Shown piece by piece: positions 50,635 through 60,444 of a stretch of DNA of 64,000 nucleotides; the stretch's first letter is position 1; each line of letters begins with the position of its first letter. This DNA is from Escherichia coli O157:H7 (GTDB lineage: Bacteria > Pseudomonadota > Gammaproteobacteria > Enterobacterales > Enterobacteriaceae), in assembly GCA_013403045.1 (NCBI GenBank), contig GCA_013403045.1_3037.1; one strand, written 5' to 3'. The notes below the pieces were generated by a model, which was not told the DNA's origin, did not search any database, and worked only from the letters and a program-made list of their open reading frames with translations. Made by a program: the position numbers and the translations under genes.

Positions 50635-51165
50635 ATGTCGCAAGCTCTGCAACAAATTTTTAACCAAGCAAATACAACTAACTTTGTAGTATCAATACCG
50701 CACAGTAATACTACATCTGCTTTTACTTTAAATGCTCAGTCAGTTCCTATTCCAGGAATTAGAATACCTGTTACTGATACCGTGACTGGGCCGTTTGGAC
50801 TGGGCCGAGCACAACGTCCAGGTGTTACATTTGAGTATGATCCACTCATTGTGAGATTTATAGTTGATGAAGAACTTAAGTCGTGGATAGGAATGTATGA
50901 ATGGATGCTAGGAACTAGCAACTATCTTACAGGTGAAAATACTGCCCAAAAAACAGGTCCTGAGTACATTACGCTTTACATCTTAGATAATAGCAAAACT
51001 GAAATAGTGATGTCAATAAATTTTTATAAGCCTTGGGTTTCTGACCTATCTGAAGTAGAATTTAGCTACACAGAAGATTCAGACCCGGCTTTAGTATGTA
51101 CTGCAACGATTCCTTACACCTATTTTCAAGTAGAAAAAGATGGTAAAATTATAGCAGAAGTTTAA
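50635..51165 (+). CDS. 3: tail completion / sheath terminator gp3
   Basis: start at MSQALQQIF with GAGGAA Shine-Dalgarno gives 176 aa as in T4; supplied ORF extends upstream. Confidence 0.85.
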   Translation: MSQALQQIFNQANTTNFVVSIPHSNTTSAFTLNAQSVPIPGIRIPVTDTVTGPFGLGRAQRPGVTFEYDPLIVRFIVDEELKSWIGMYEWMLGTSNYLTGENTAQKTGPEYITLYILDNSKTEIVMSINFYKPWVSDLSEVEFSYTEDSDPALVCTATIPYTYFQVEKDGKIIAEV

Positions 51166-51214
51166 TGCTTCAGTTTTGTGTGTTATAATCTTAATTAAAT
51201 TTGAGGAGAGACAC

Positions 51215-51939
51215 ATGAAACTAATCTTTTTAAGCGGTGTAAAGCGTAGTGGAAAAGATACTACTGCTGATTTTATCATGAGCAATTATTCTGCAGTTAA
51301 ATACCAACTTGCTGGTCCTATTAAGGATGCATTGGCTTATGCATGGGCAGTATTTGCAGCAAACACTGACTATCCTTGCTTAACTCGTAAAGAGTTTGAA
51401 GGAATTGACTATGATCGTGAGACTAATTTAAATCTGACTAAATTAGAAGTAATCACGATTATGGAACAAGCATTTTGCTATCTTAATGGTAAAAGCCCAA
51501 TTAAAGGTGTGTTTGTTTTTGATGACGAAGGAAAAGAATCAGTTAATTCCGTAGCATTTAACAAGATTATTGACGTTATAAATAATATTGAAGATCAATG
51601 GTCAGTCCGTCGTCTGATGCAAGCCCTAGGTACGGATTTGATTGTTAATAACTTCGACCGCATGTACTGGGTAAAATTATTTGCTTTAGATTATCTTGAT
51701 AAATTTAACTCAGGTTATGATTATTATATCGTTCCTGATACTCGTCAAGATCATGAAATGGATGCGGCTAGGGCGATGGGTGCTACAGTAATTCATGTAG
51801 TTCGTCCTGGTCAAAAATCCAATGATACACATATTACAGAAGCTGGATTGCCAATTCGTGATGGTGATTTAGTAATTACAAACGATGGTTCTCTTGAAGA
51901 ACTTTTTTCTAAAATTAAAAATACACTAAAGGTACTATA

Positions 51940-51940
<1 letters not shown>
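51215..51940 (+). CDS. 1: dNMP kinase gp1
   Basis: start at MKLIFLSGVKRSGKDT (P-loop) with GAGGAGA Shine-Dalgarno gives 241 aa as in T4. Confidence 0.9.
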
Positions 51941-52680
<740 letters not shown>

Positions 52681-52709
52681 ATCTCATCAAAATTAATTAG
52701 GAAAATAAA

Positions 52710-52967
52710 ATGAAAACTTTCAAAGAGTTTGCTACAAAAACTACTATCACTGAATCTTCTCATGGTATGGAAGTAAAGCTTGGAATGGCTTTAGCTGAAG
52801 CTGAGCGTCTTTTCTCTCGTATTAAAGAACTTGCTGCTGCAGTCGATCCTTCGTCTTTTAAAGGAGACCAAACTAAAGTTAAAGCACTTTTAGCATTATG
52901 CTCTGACGCAGGAGAAATCGCTAAAAATGGTTCTAAGATGAAGAAACGATTAGAAGATTTAAAATAA
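52710..52967 (+). CDS. internal-protein-like small protein with capsid-targeting N-terminus
   Basis: 85 aa; N-terminus MKTFKEFATKTTITE resembles the T4 Ip leader MKTYQEFIAE with an I-x-E gp21 cleavage motif; at the ipI position next to 57B. Confidence 0.65.
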   Translation: MKTFKEFATKTTITESSHGMEVKLGMALAEAERLFSRIKELAAAVDPSSFKGDQTKVKALLALCSDAGEIAKNGSKMKKRLEDLK

Positions 52968-53010
52968 TTTCACAAAGTTGTTTACACGGGGTTTTAGTAG
53001 TGATACTATT
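52951..53010 (+). repeat. direct repeat copy B (60 bp) containing an early promoter
   Basis: same core as copy A; -35 GTTTAC at 52980-52985, -10 TACTAT at 53004-53009. Confidence 0.7.
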
Positions 53011-53037
53011 ACCCTATCAACTACTGAGGAGAATAAA

Positions 53038-53223
53038 ATGAAACGCTGTGAATTAATTCGAAATGTTGCTATTGCAATTTCTGCTTCCGCTTTTAGTTTT
53101 TCAATGTTTGTTGGATTTATATGCGGATTATTAACTACAGCAGAAAATGTATTTTCACTTGTAGTAGCATTTTTAATTGGTTTAATTGCTATCGTTATGG
53201 ATAAAATTTCTAAAGGTGAGTAA
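53038..53223 (+). CDS. small membrane protein (2 predicted TM helices)
   Basis: 61 aa from ATG with GAGGAG Shine-Dalgarno; hydrophobic; supplied ORF extends back through the promoter. Confidence 0.55.
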   Translation: MKRCELIRNVAIAISASAFSFSMFVGFICGLLTTAENVFSLVVAFLIGLIAIVMDKISKGE

Positions 53224-53224
53224 A

Positions 53225-53605
53225 ATGTATAAAGTATATGCAGATTATCAGGCTAATCCATCTGAAAAGCCAGATTGCCAAATTGGATGGGCTCATGATA
53301 CCTTGCTTGAAGCAGTAGATGCTGCTCAAAAATTAGGATATAGTTATGTAGATATTGTTCAACCTGGTGGAACAGTTATTACTCTTGAAGAGTTCAATAA
53401 CATTAAACCAAACTTTTTACTTTTTGCAGGTGATAATTATTATCCTCGCGGTGGATATGCTGATTTAATCGCGAAAGCCGCTACCGAAGATGAACTCCGT
53501 GACATTATCAAAGAAAATGAGAACAAACCAATGTATGGTTCTAATCGCTTTGATTGGTGGCAAATTGTAAATGCCCACACTCATACTATTGTTGATGAAG
53601 GGTAA
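53225..53605 (+). CDS. hypothetical protein (e.x region)
   Basis: 126 aa from ATG 53225 (MYKVYADY) with GGTGAG Shine-Dalgarno. Confidence 0.55.
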   Translation: MYKVYADYQANPSEKPDCQIGWAHDTLLEAVDAAQKLGYSYVDIVQPGGTVITLEEFNNIKPNFLLFAGDNYYPRGGYADLIAKAATEDELRDIIKENENKPMYGSNRFDWWQIVNAHTHTIVDEG

Positions 53606-53607
53606 TA

Positions 53608-53898
53608 ATGATTCTTTATGCTAAAGTATCGTCCATTGAAAATGGATATAAATATGATCAAGAAGCAGCTAAAGCCTTGATTGATGATTATGGCATTTTA
53701 ACATGTTTTGAAGTTGAAAAGGTTTACATTGACCGTTCATCTTCTCAGGTTAAATTAGTGAAGGAAGACCGTAAATTTAATACAGTAAATTTTGATTTCT
53801 TTATTGAAACAGAAAAAGGTCCTCTTGAATATGATATTTTCAAGAATCCTTTAAATCTTGAATGTATTAAATATACTTATATTAATGCAGCGTGGTGA
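53608..53898 (+). CDS. hypothetical protein (e.x region)
   Basis: 96-aa ORF tightly packed with neighbours. Confidence 0.55.
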   Translation: MILYAKVSSIENGYKYDQEAAKALIDDYGILTCFEVEKVYIDRSSSQVKLVKEDRKFNTVNFDFFIETEKGPLEYDIFKNPLNLECIKYTYINAAW

Positions 53899-53900
53899 AA

Positions 53901-54416
53901 ATGAATATTTGTTTAGGTACTACAATTCCGCAGGGTTACGTAATTGATGTCACTACCTGGGAAAATGATGGTGACAACTATAAAACTAAAACACTGTTTG
54001 GCGTAGAAGAGCATGAAATCTTACAGTTCCAATATCTTTTAAAGAAGTTTAAAAGCAGACATTCTAGTACTAAAGCTGAACGTTATTGTGGTAATGGCTT
54101 GTTCAGCGAGCAATCGCTTTTTATTTATGAATACTTGGTTGAAGGACTGTTCTCAGAACAACTTTATCCAGAATTCATTAAAAAGGTCTTTGATATAGAA
54201 GTTGACCTTGGTAATAAATCCGAAGAAGATGAAGAACGTGTATTTGACTTATTCTTTGTGAATGGTAATAAGATATTTGAAGGCCTTATTGATATTCTTG
54301 GTCATGCTTCTGAATATTATGACTATGATTTCTTGCGTGTAGTTGAGAGTGTTAAATACTCTTATATAGAAGAAGAAATTGTTTTGCCGACCGTTAAAAT
54401 GTTTAATTTGCTTTAA
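53901..54416 (+). CDS. hypothetical acidic protein (e.x region)
   Basis: 171 aa from ATG 53901; supplied ORF starts at an upstream GTG. Confidence 0.55.
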   Translation: MNICLGTTIPQGYVIDVTTWENDGDNYKTKTLFGVEEHEILQFQYLLKKFKSRHSSTKAERYCGNGLFSEQSLFIYEYLVEGLFSEQLYPEFIKKVFDIEVDLGNKSEEDEERVFDLFFVNGNKIFEGLIDILGHASEYYDYDFLRVVESVKYSYIEEEIVLPTVKMFNLL

Positions 54417-54654
54417 GAATTATTTGTTATTATTAACTCATACCGCACTGATTAATACCCTCTATCATCAGAGAAAGTCCAATAGGCAGAACAGGAGATT
54501 GGATTCTTTTAATTATGCTTGTTAATATTTTGACAGCAGCAATATTATCTGGGATATGGTGCGCGTTCATTGAAATGCCATGGCGGTTACGCAGACAGCA
54601 AAAGATTTTTGATGAAAAGAAATATACTCAAAATTTAAATAACTTTATCACTGA

Positions 54655-55642
<988 letters not shown>

Positions 55643-55646
55643 AGTT

Positions 55647-55676
55647 ATTTACTTTCTCCTAGAATTGTGATAGTAT
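55647..55676 (+). promoter_or_regulatory. early-type promoter (ATTTAC N18 TAGTAT)
   Basis: upstream of the internal-protein gene at 55737. Confidence 0.4.
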
Positions 55677-55736
55677 ATTCACAGTTACTTGAAGAGATAA
55701 ATTATTAATTAAAATATTTACATTTAAAGGATACAC

Positions 55737-56210
55737 ATGAAAACATATCAAGAATTTATTACTGAAGCAGCTATTAATTCTCAAATTATTGCTGAATCTT
55801 TTACTGATCTTTTGAAATTTAAAAAAGGTCAAAAAATCACTGCTGTATTGGATGATGGTACAGAAGTTGAGATGGATGTACAGGGATATAATTATGCAGT
55901 AGATGGAAAACTGTATAATAAATCTCATGCTAAATTTGATTCATTTGACGACTTTGTTAATACAGTTGAAGATGAAAAAACTCGTAGATCCATTGCAACT
56001 GGCGACGCTAAGGTTCTTATGGCACATGGCCATGAACGCATCCGCGCTAAACAGAATAAAATGGGCGAAGATAATTTTGCATTAGTTGGTTATCAATCTG
56101 GTAAACAAACTTATGGCTATCAGCGTACTGCTACCATGTATAACAAAAATGGTAAAATTGCCTTTGTGAATAGTAAAGGTTCTATTCAGTACGTTAAATC
56201 GTTCAAATAA
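55737..56210 (+). CDS. internal protein (Ip) family member with capsid-targeting sequence
   Basis: 157 aa; N-terminus MKTYQEFITEAAINSQIIAES with I-T-E and I-A-E gp21 cleavage motifs; adjacent to e as ipIII/ipII are in T4. Confidence 0.7.
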   Translation: MKTYQEFITEAAINSQIIAESFTDLLKFKKGQKITAVLDDGTEVEMDVQGYNYAVDGKLYNKSHAKFDSFDDFVNTVEDEKTRRSIATGDAKVLMAHGHERIRAKQNKMGEDNFALVGYQSGKQTYGYQRTATMYNKNGKIAFVNSKGSIQYVKSFK

Positions 56211-56315
56211 GCAAATAAGAAATATGGGAACAAGCTGGACCTCATGATTCTGTGAGGGATTCCCGCCAACCTGTAATAAGGTCGAGCCCAAGTGCGGTAA
56301 TGGGTAAATACAGAA

Positions 56316-56903
56316 ATGGACAATTCATGCGCCATGGAATGGCCCAAATTTAGAGAGAATAAAATGAGAACATTTTTAACTGGTCCTTATCTATCCCTGA
56401 TGAATGCTTTTACACACCATTCTGATGCTAGAGTAGAAGAAATTTGTAAAAACGATTATATCCCACCATTTGAAGAATTACTTAAACAGTATTGCACACT
56501 TCGACTAGATGGTGGACGTCAATCCGGTAAATCAATTGCTGTGACTAACTTTGCTGCTAATTGGTTGTATGATGGCGGAACAGTTATCGTTCTTTCTAAT
56601 ACTTCAGCTTACGCTAAAATTTCTGCAAATAACATTAAAAAGGAATTTTCGCGTTATTCTAATGATGATATACGTTTTCGTTTATTTACTGATTCTGTGC
56701 GCAGTTTTATTGGTAATAAAGGAAGCAAGTTCAGAGGTTTATCGCTTTCGCGAATTTTGTATATAATTGATGAGCCTGTCAAATCTCCTGATATGGATAA
56801 GATTTATAGTGTCCATATTGAGACTGTACACTACTGCTGTAATAGTAAATGTTGTATTGGTGGTATTACTCGTCCACAGTTTTTCGTAATCGGAATGCAA
56901 TGA
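56316..56903 (+). CDS. P-loop NTPase, function unknown
   Basis: 195-aa ORF; Walker A GGRQSGKS and Walker B-like LYIIDEP; C-terminal Cys cluster; start codon uncertain (56316, 56334 or 56364). Confidence 0.55.
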   Translation: MDNSCAMEWPKFRENKMRTFLTGPYLSLMNAFTHHSDARVEEICKNDYIPPFEELLKQYCTLRLDGGRQSGKSIAVTNFAANWLYDGGTVIVLSNTSAYAKISANNIKKEFSRYSNDDIRFRLFTDSVRSFIGNKGSKFRGLSLSRILYIIDEPVKSPDMDKIYSVHIETVHYCCNSKCCIGGITRPQFFVIGMQ

Positions 56904-57229
56904 TGACAGACACTCAGCTTTTCGAATATCTTTATTTTTCGCCAAAAACTATTAAAAATAAATTGGTGAATCATTTTGAAATTTTGGCAAATAACAACGT
57001 CTTGAGCGAATTTTATCCTAAGCAATACAAATTACAAAAAGGCGTATTCAAAGGATGCAGAGTTTTGTGTACTGCTCCTAATGCACGGCTAATGAATAAA
57101 ATTCCATATTTTACCATGGAATTTATTGATGGTCCTTTTAAAGGACTAATCACACAGAGTTTAATGGCATATGATTCTGAGCCATTTTTAATTAAAGAAC
57201 AATCTTGGATAAATTTATTTTCTAATTGA
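56900..57229 (+). CDS. hypothetical protein translationally coupled to the P-loop NTPase
   Basis: 109 aa from ATGATGA overlap with the upstream stop. Confidence 0.5.
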   Translation: MMTDTQLFEYLYFSPKTIKNKLVNHFEILANNNVLSEFYPKQYKLQKGVFKGCRVLCTAPNARLMNKIPYFTMEFIDGPFKGLITQSLMAYDSEPFLIKEQSWINLFSN

Positions 57230-57236
57230 GGTTTAT

Positions 57237-57599
57237 ATGAAAGCATATCAAATTCTTGAAGGCACACATAAAGGTACTATTTATTTTGAAGATGGTATTC
57301 AAGCACGAATTATTGTCTCTAAAACCTTTAAAGAGGACTCTTTTGTAGACCCAGAAATTTTCTATGGTTTGCATGCCCGTGAAATTGAAATTGAGCAACA
57401 GCCTACAGTTAAAATTGAAGGTGGTCAACACCTGAACGTTAACGTTCTGCGTCGCGAAACTCTGGAAGATGCAGTTAAGCATCCGGAAAAATATCCGCAG
57501 CTGACCATCCGTGTATCCGGTTATGCAGTTCGCTTTAACTCTCTGACTCCGGAACAGCAGCGCGACGTTATCGCTCGTACCTTTACTGAGAGTTTGTAA
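57237..57599 (+). CDS. autonomous glycyl-radical cofactor (GrcA/YfiD-like)
   Basis: 120 aa; C-terminus [59 protein letters not shown] carries the glycyl-radical motif RVSGYAV; 3' half is GC-rich with host-like codons. Confidence 0.8.
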   Translation: MKAYQILEGTHKGTIYFEDGIQARIIVSKTFKEDSFVDPEIFYGLHAREIEIEQQPTVKIEGGQHLNVNVLRRETLEDAVKHPEKYPQLTIRVSGYAVRFNSLTPEQQRDVIARTFTESL

Positions 57600-57820
57600 T
57601 GGCAAAGATAATTATTGAAGGTTCTAAAGATGTGCTAAATGCTTTCGCCGAGTGGTTTAGTAATTCAGGCGAACAGCAATTTAATGAAGCCTGGAATATG
57701 GGTGATATTGATGGAATTTATCCTACGACAGAAATTTCTGTTCAAGGATATGGCATTCATGAACCTATTCGTTTAGTTGAATATGATTTATGTACTGGTG
57801 AGGAAGTCAAATATGATTGA
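57599..57820 (+). CDS. hypothetical protein
   Basis: 73-aa ORF, TAATG overlap with the previous gene. Confidence 0.5.
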   Translation: MAKIIIEGSKDVLNAFAEWFSNSGEQQFNEAWNMGDIDGIYPTTEISVQGYGIHEPIRLVEYDLCTGEEVKYD

Positions 57821-58079
57821 AGACATTAAAGGTTATAAGCCGCATACTGAAGAGAAAATCGGTAAAGTGAATGCTATTAAAGACGCTGAAGTTCGTTTAG
57901 GACTTATCTTTGACGCTTTATACGATGAATTCTGGGAAGCACTAGATAATTGTGAAGATGATGAACTCGCGAAGAATTATGCTGAAAGCCTCGATCAGTT
58001 AACTATTGCTAAAACGAAACTCAAAGAAGCCAGTATGTGGGCTTGTCGTGCAGTGTTCCAACCAGAGGAAAAATACTAA
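57813..58079 (+). CDS. hypothetical acidic protein
   Basis: 88 aa from ATG overlapping the upstream stop. Confidence 0.5.
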   Translation: MIEDIKGYKPHTEEKIGKVNAIKDAEVRLGLIFDALYDEFWEALDNCEDDELAKNYAESLDQLTIAKTKLKEASMWACRAVFQPEEKY

Positions 58080-58357
58080 TGGCTCAATTAAGTGCAGGGT
58101 TTGGTTATGAGTATTATACTGCACCTCGTCGTGTATCTGCCGCTCCTAAGAAAATTCAAAGTCTTGATGACTTCCAGGAAGTAGTCCGTAAAGCTTTTCA
58201 GGACTATGCACGTTATCTTAAAGAAGATTCACAGGACTGTCTCGAAGAAGATGAAATTGCTTACTATGAGCAGCGTCTTGAACAGCTTAAAAACTTACAT
58301 GAGGTTCGTGCAGAAGTTTCAAAGTCTATGAATAAATTGATTAGATTTAAAGAATAA
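58079..58357 (+). CDS. hypothetical protein
   Basis: 92 aa from ATG ([13 protein letters not shown]) in TAATG overlap. Confidence 0.5.
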   Translation: MAQLSAGFGYEYYTAPRRVSAAPKKIQSLDDFQEVVRKAFQDYARYLKEDSQDCLEEDEIAYYEQRLEQLKNLHEVRAEVSKSMNKLIRFKE

Positions 58358-58359
58358 CT

Positions 58360-58389
58360 GTTTACTTTTCCTCTTGACTGTGGTATAAT
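58360..58389 (+). promoter_or_regulatory. early promoter (GTTTAC N18 TATAAT, extended -10 TGTGG) for regB
   Basis: -35 at 58360-58365, -10 at 58384-58389. Confidence 0.6.
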
Positions 58390-58416
58390 TTTTCTATCAG
58401 TTAAGAGGAGAATAAC

Positions 58417-58878
58417 ATGACTATCAATACAGAAGTTTTTATCCGTCGAAATAAGCTTCGTCGTCACTTTGAGTCGGAGTTTCGTCAAATTAACAATGAG
58501 ATTCGTGAGGCATCAAAAGCAGCAGGAGTCTCATCGTTTCATCTAAAATATTCTCAACATCTTCTTGATCGTGCAATTCAACGGGAGATTGATGAGACAT
58601 ATGTTTTTGAATTATTCCATAAAATAAAAGACCATGTTTTAGAAGTTAATGAATTCCTGAGTATGCCTCCGCGTCCTGACATTGACGAGGATTTTATTGA
58701 TGGGGTTGAATATCGTCCTGGACGTTTAGAAATCACAGATGGAAATCTTTGGCTTGGATTTACAGTTTGTAAGCCTAATGAGAAGTTTAAAAACCCGTCA
58801 CTTCAATGCAGGATGGCAATTATCAACAGTCGTCGTTTACCAGGAAAGGCTTCTAAAGCAGTAATTAAAACTCAATGA
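58417..58878 (+). CDS. regB: RegB site-specific endoribonuclease
   Basis: 153 aa as in T4 RegB; N-terminus MTINTEVFIRRNKLRR; AGAGGAG Shine-Dalgarno. Confidence 0.8.
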   Translation: MTINTEVFIRRNKLRRHFESEFRQINNEIREASKAAGVSSFHLKYSQHLLDRAIQREIDETYVFELFHKIKDHVLEVNEFLSMPPRPDIDEDFIDGVEYRPGRLEITDGNLWLGFTVCKPNEKFKNPSLQCRMAIINSRRLPGKASKAVIKTQ

Positions 58879-58885
58879 GGTAAGC

Positions 58886-59431
58886 ATGAGAAAAGCACTA
58901 CTCGCTGGTCTATTGGCCATTTCAATGATGGCACATAGCTCCGAGCATACTTTCAGTAATGTCCAACTCGATAACATGCGTTACGCGTATCAATTCGGGG
59001 AACAATTTTCTAAGGATGGAAAATATAAAACACACAAAAATATCCACAAGAGCGGATTAGGTCATATAATGGCTGCTATTTTATGGCAAGAAAGCTCTGG
59101 CGGAGTTAATTTAAAATCTAAACCAAAGCATCACGCCTACGGAATGTTCCAAAATTATTTGCCTACTATGCGAGCAAGAGTTAAGGAACTTGGTTATAAT
59201 ATGACCGATGCTGAAATAAAAAGAATGTTGAATAAACGATCCAATTCAGCTTCCTGGGCGTACATTGAACTTTCTTATTGGTTAAATATACATAAGGGCG
59301 ATATAAGAAAAGCAATATCCTCTTATAATTCGGGATGGAATGTTAAAGCAGGTTCTAAATATGCTTCTGAAGTCCTAGAAAAGGCTAATTACCTTAAAAA
59401 TAATAAACTTTTGGAAATAGTAAATGACTAA
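58886..59431 (+). CDS. secreted lytic-transglycosylase-like protein (vs.1 position)
   Basis: 181 aa; N-terminal signal peptide; catalytic-type E-S motif (LWQESSGG). Confidence 0.6.
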   Translation: MRKALLAGLLAISMMAHSSEHTFSNVQLDNMRYAYQFGEQFSKDGKYKTHKNIHKSGLGHIMAAILWQESSGGVNLKSKPKHHAYGMFQNYLPTMRARVKELGYNMTDAEIKRMLNKRSNSASWAYIELSYWLNIHKGDIRKAISSYNSGWNVKAGSKYASEVLEKANYLKNNKLLEIVND

Positions 59432-59771
59432 AATTTTGGTTTTATGTATAGGATTAATTTCATTTTCTGCTTCTGCGTCAGCAGATACATCATATACTGA
59501 AATTAGAGAATATGTAAACCGCACTGCGGCAGATTATTGTGGGAAAAATAAAGCATGCCAAGCTGAATTTGCACAGAAATTAATATATGCATATAAAGAC
59601 GGAGAAAGAGATAAATCAAGTAGATACAAAAACGATACATTATTAAAACGATATGCTAAAAAGTGGAATACCTTAGAATGTTCAGTTGCGGAGGAGAAAG
59701 ATAAAGCCGCTTGTCATTCAATGGTTGACCGTTTGGTAGATTCTTATAATCGAGGATTGAGTACTAGATGA
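59424..59771 (+). CDS. vs: Vs-like protein (valyl-tRNA synthetase modifier position), secreted
   Basis: 115 aa as in T4 Vs; signal peptide; assignment by size and synteny only. Confidence 0.5.
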   Translation: MTKILVLCIGLISFSASASADTSYTEIREYVNRTAADYCGKNKACQAEFAQKLIYAYKDGERDKSSRYKNDTLLKRYAKKWNTLECSVAEEKDKAACHSMVDRLVDSYNRGLSTR

Positions 59772-60235
59772 TTGTAAAATATATCAAGGGCGATATTGTC
59801 GCCCTTTTCGCTGAAGGTAAAAATATTGCGCATGGATGTAATTGTTTTCACACGATGAAAGCTGGAGTCGCAGGTCAATTAACTAAAGCTTTCCCTAAAA
59901 TTTTGGAAGCTGATAAATTACAGACTGAATGGGGTGATGTAACTAAACTTGGTTCTTATTCAGTCTATGAAAAATACTTTAGGACTCATAAAGCTTACTG
60001 CTTTAATCTTTATACTCAATTTCAACCAGGGCCAAATTTTGAGTATTCCGCTTTAATGAATTGTATGTTAGAATTAAATGAGTTTGGTAAAAATAAACTG
60101 ATTAAACCTACAATCTATATGCCTAGGATTGGTGCAGGCATAGGTAAAGGGAACTGGGATATTATTGAGGGGATTTTAGATACATATTCTTCTAAATTAG
60201 AAATTGTGATTGTTGATTGGGAACCGTTATTATGA
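59768..60235 (+). CDS. macro-domain-like protein (putative ADP-ribose binding or hydrolase)
   Basis: 155 aa; GDIVALF...NIAHGCNCF..MKAGVAGQL and PRIGAGIGKG resemble the two glycine-rich loops of macro domains. Confidence 0.5.
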   Translation: MIVKYIKGDIVALFAEGKNIAHGCNCFHTMKAGVAGQLTKAFPKILEADKLQTEWGDVTKLGSYSVYEKYFRTHKAYCFNLYTQFQPGPNFEYSALMNCMLELNEFGKNKLIKPTIYMPRIGAGIGKGNWDIIEGILDTYSSKLEIVIVDWEPLL

Positions 60236-60444
60236 ATATACATTATCCACATCCATATGACCCAAAGAATAAGGCAGTAATTATTCGTCAATGGGAACGC
60301 ATTTGTCGTACTAAATGTCCAATTAATAGTCCACATGATGTAGATAAAGACTACATTGGAACATTCGTTGAATATACCTTTATTGATAAGAAAGGTCGTA
60401 AACAGCATGTAGAAGAATACTGCTTAAAGGTTACATGGTTATGA
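60232..60444 (+). CDS. hypothetical small protein
   Basis: 70 aa from ATG in ATGA overlap. Confidence 0.45.
   Translation: MNIHYPHPYDPKNKAVIIRQWERICRTKCPINSPHDVDKDYIGTFVEYTFIDKKGRKQHVEEYCLKVTWL

Noticed and set aside
52978-53223. N-terminal extension of the small membrane-protein ORF (MFTRGFSSDTITLSTTEENK...)
   Set aside because: The extension is the translation of the promoter repeat; the start at ATG 53038 with GAGGAG Shine-Dalgarno is far more plausible.
54515-54637. 40-aa hydrophobic ORF between the last e.x gene and nudE
   Set aside because: Nearest Shine-Dalgarno-like sequence is about 18 nt upstream, too far to be convincing; possible but unsupported.
56226-56306. Possible tRNA or small-RNA remnant in the GC-rich spacer
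   Set aside because: No T-loop consensus, no cloverleaf, no CCA-compatible 3' end; kept only as a low-interest composition anomaly.
55659-57605. Several minus-strand ORFs (55659-55928, 56082-56291, 56739-57025, 57013-57605) in the early accessory region
   Set aside because: All are antisense to tightly packed plus-strand genes that have Shine-Dalgarno sequences and promoters; translations are low-complexity.
58374-58389. TTGACT as the -35 element of the regB promoter
   Set aside because: It lies only 4 nt from the -10 TATAAT; the GTTTAC at 58360-58365 gives the 18-nt spacing shared by the other early promoters.
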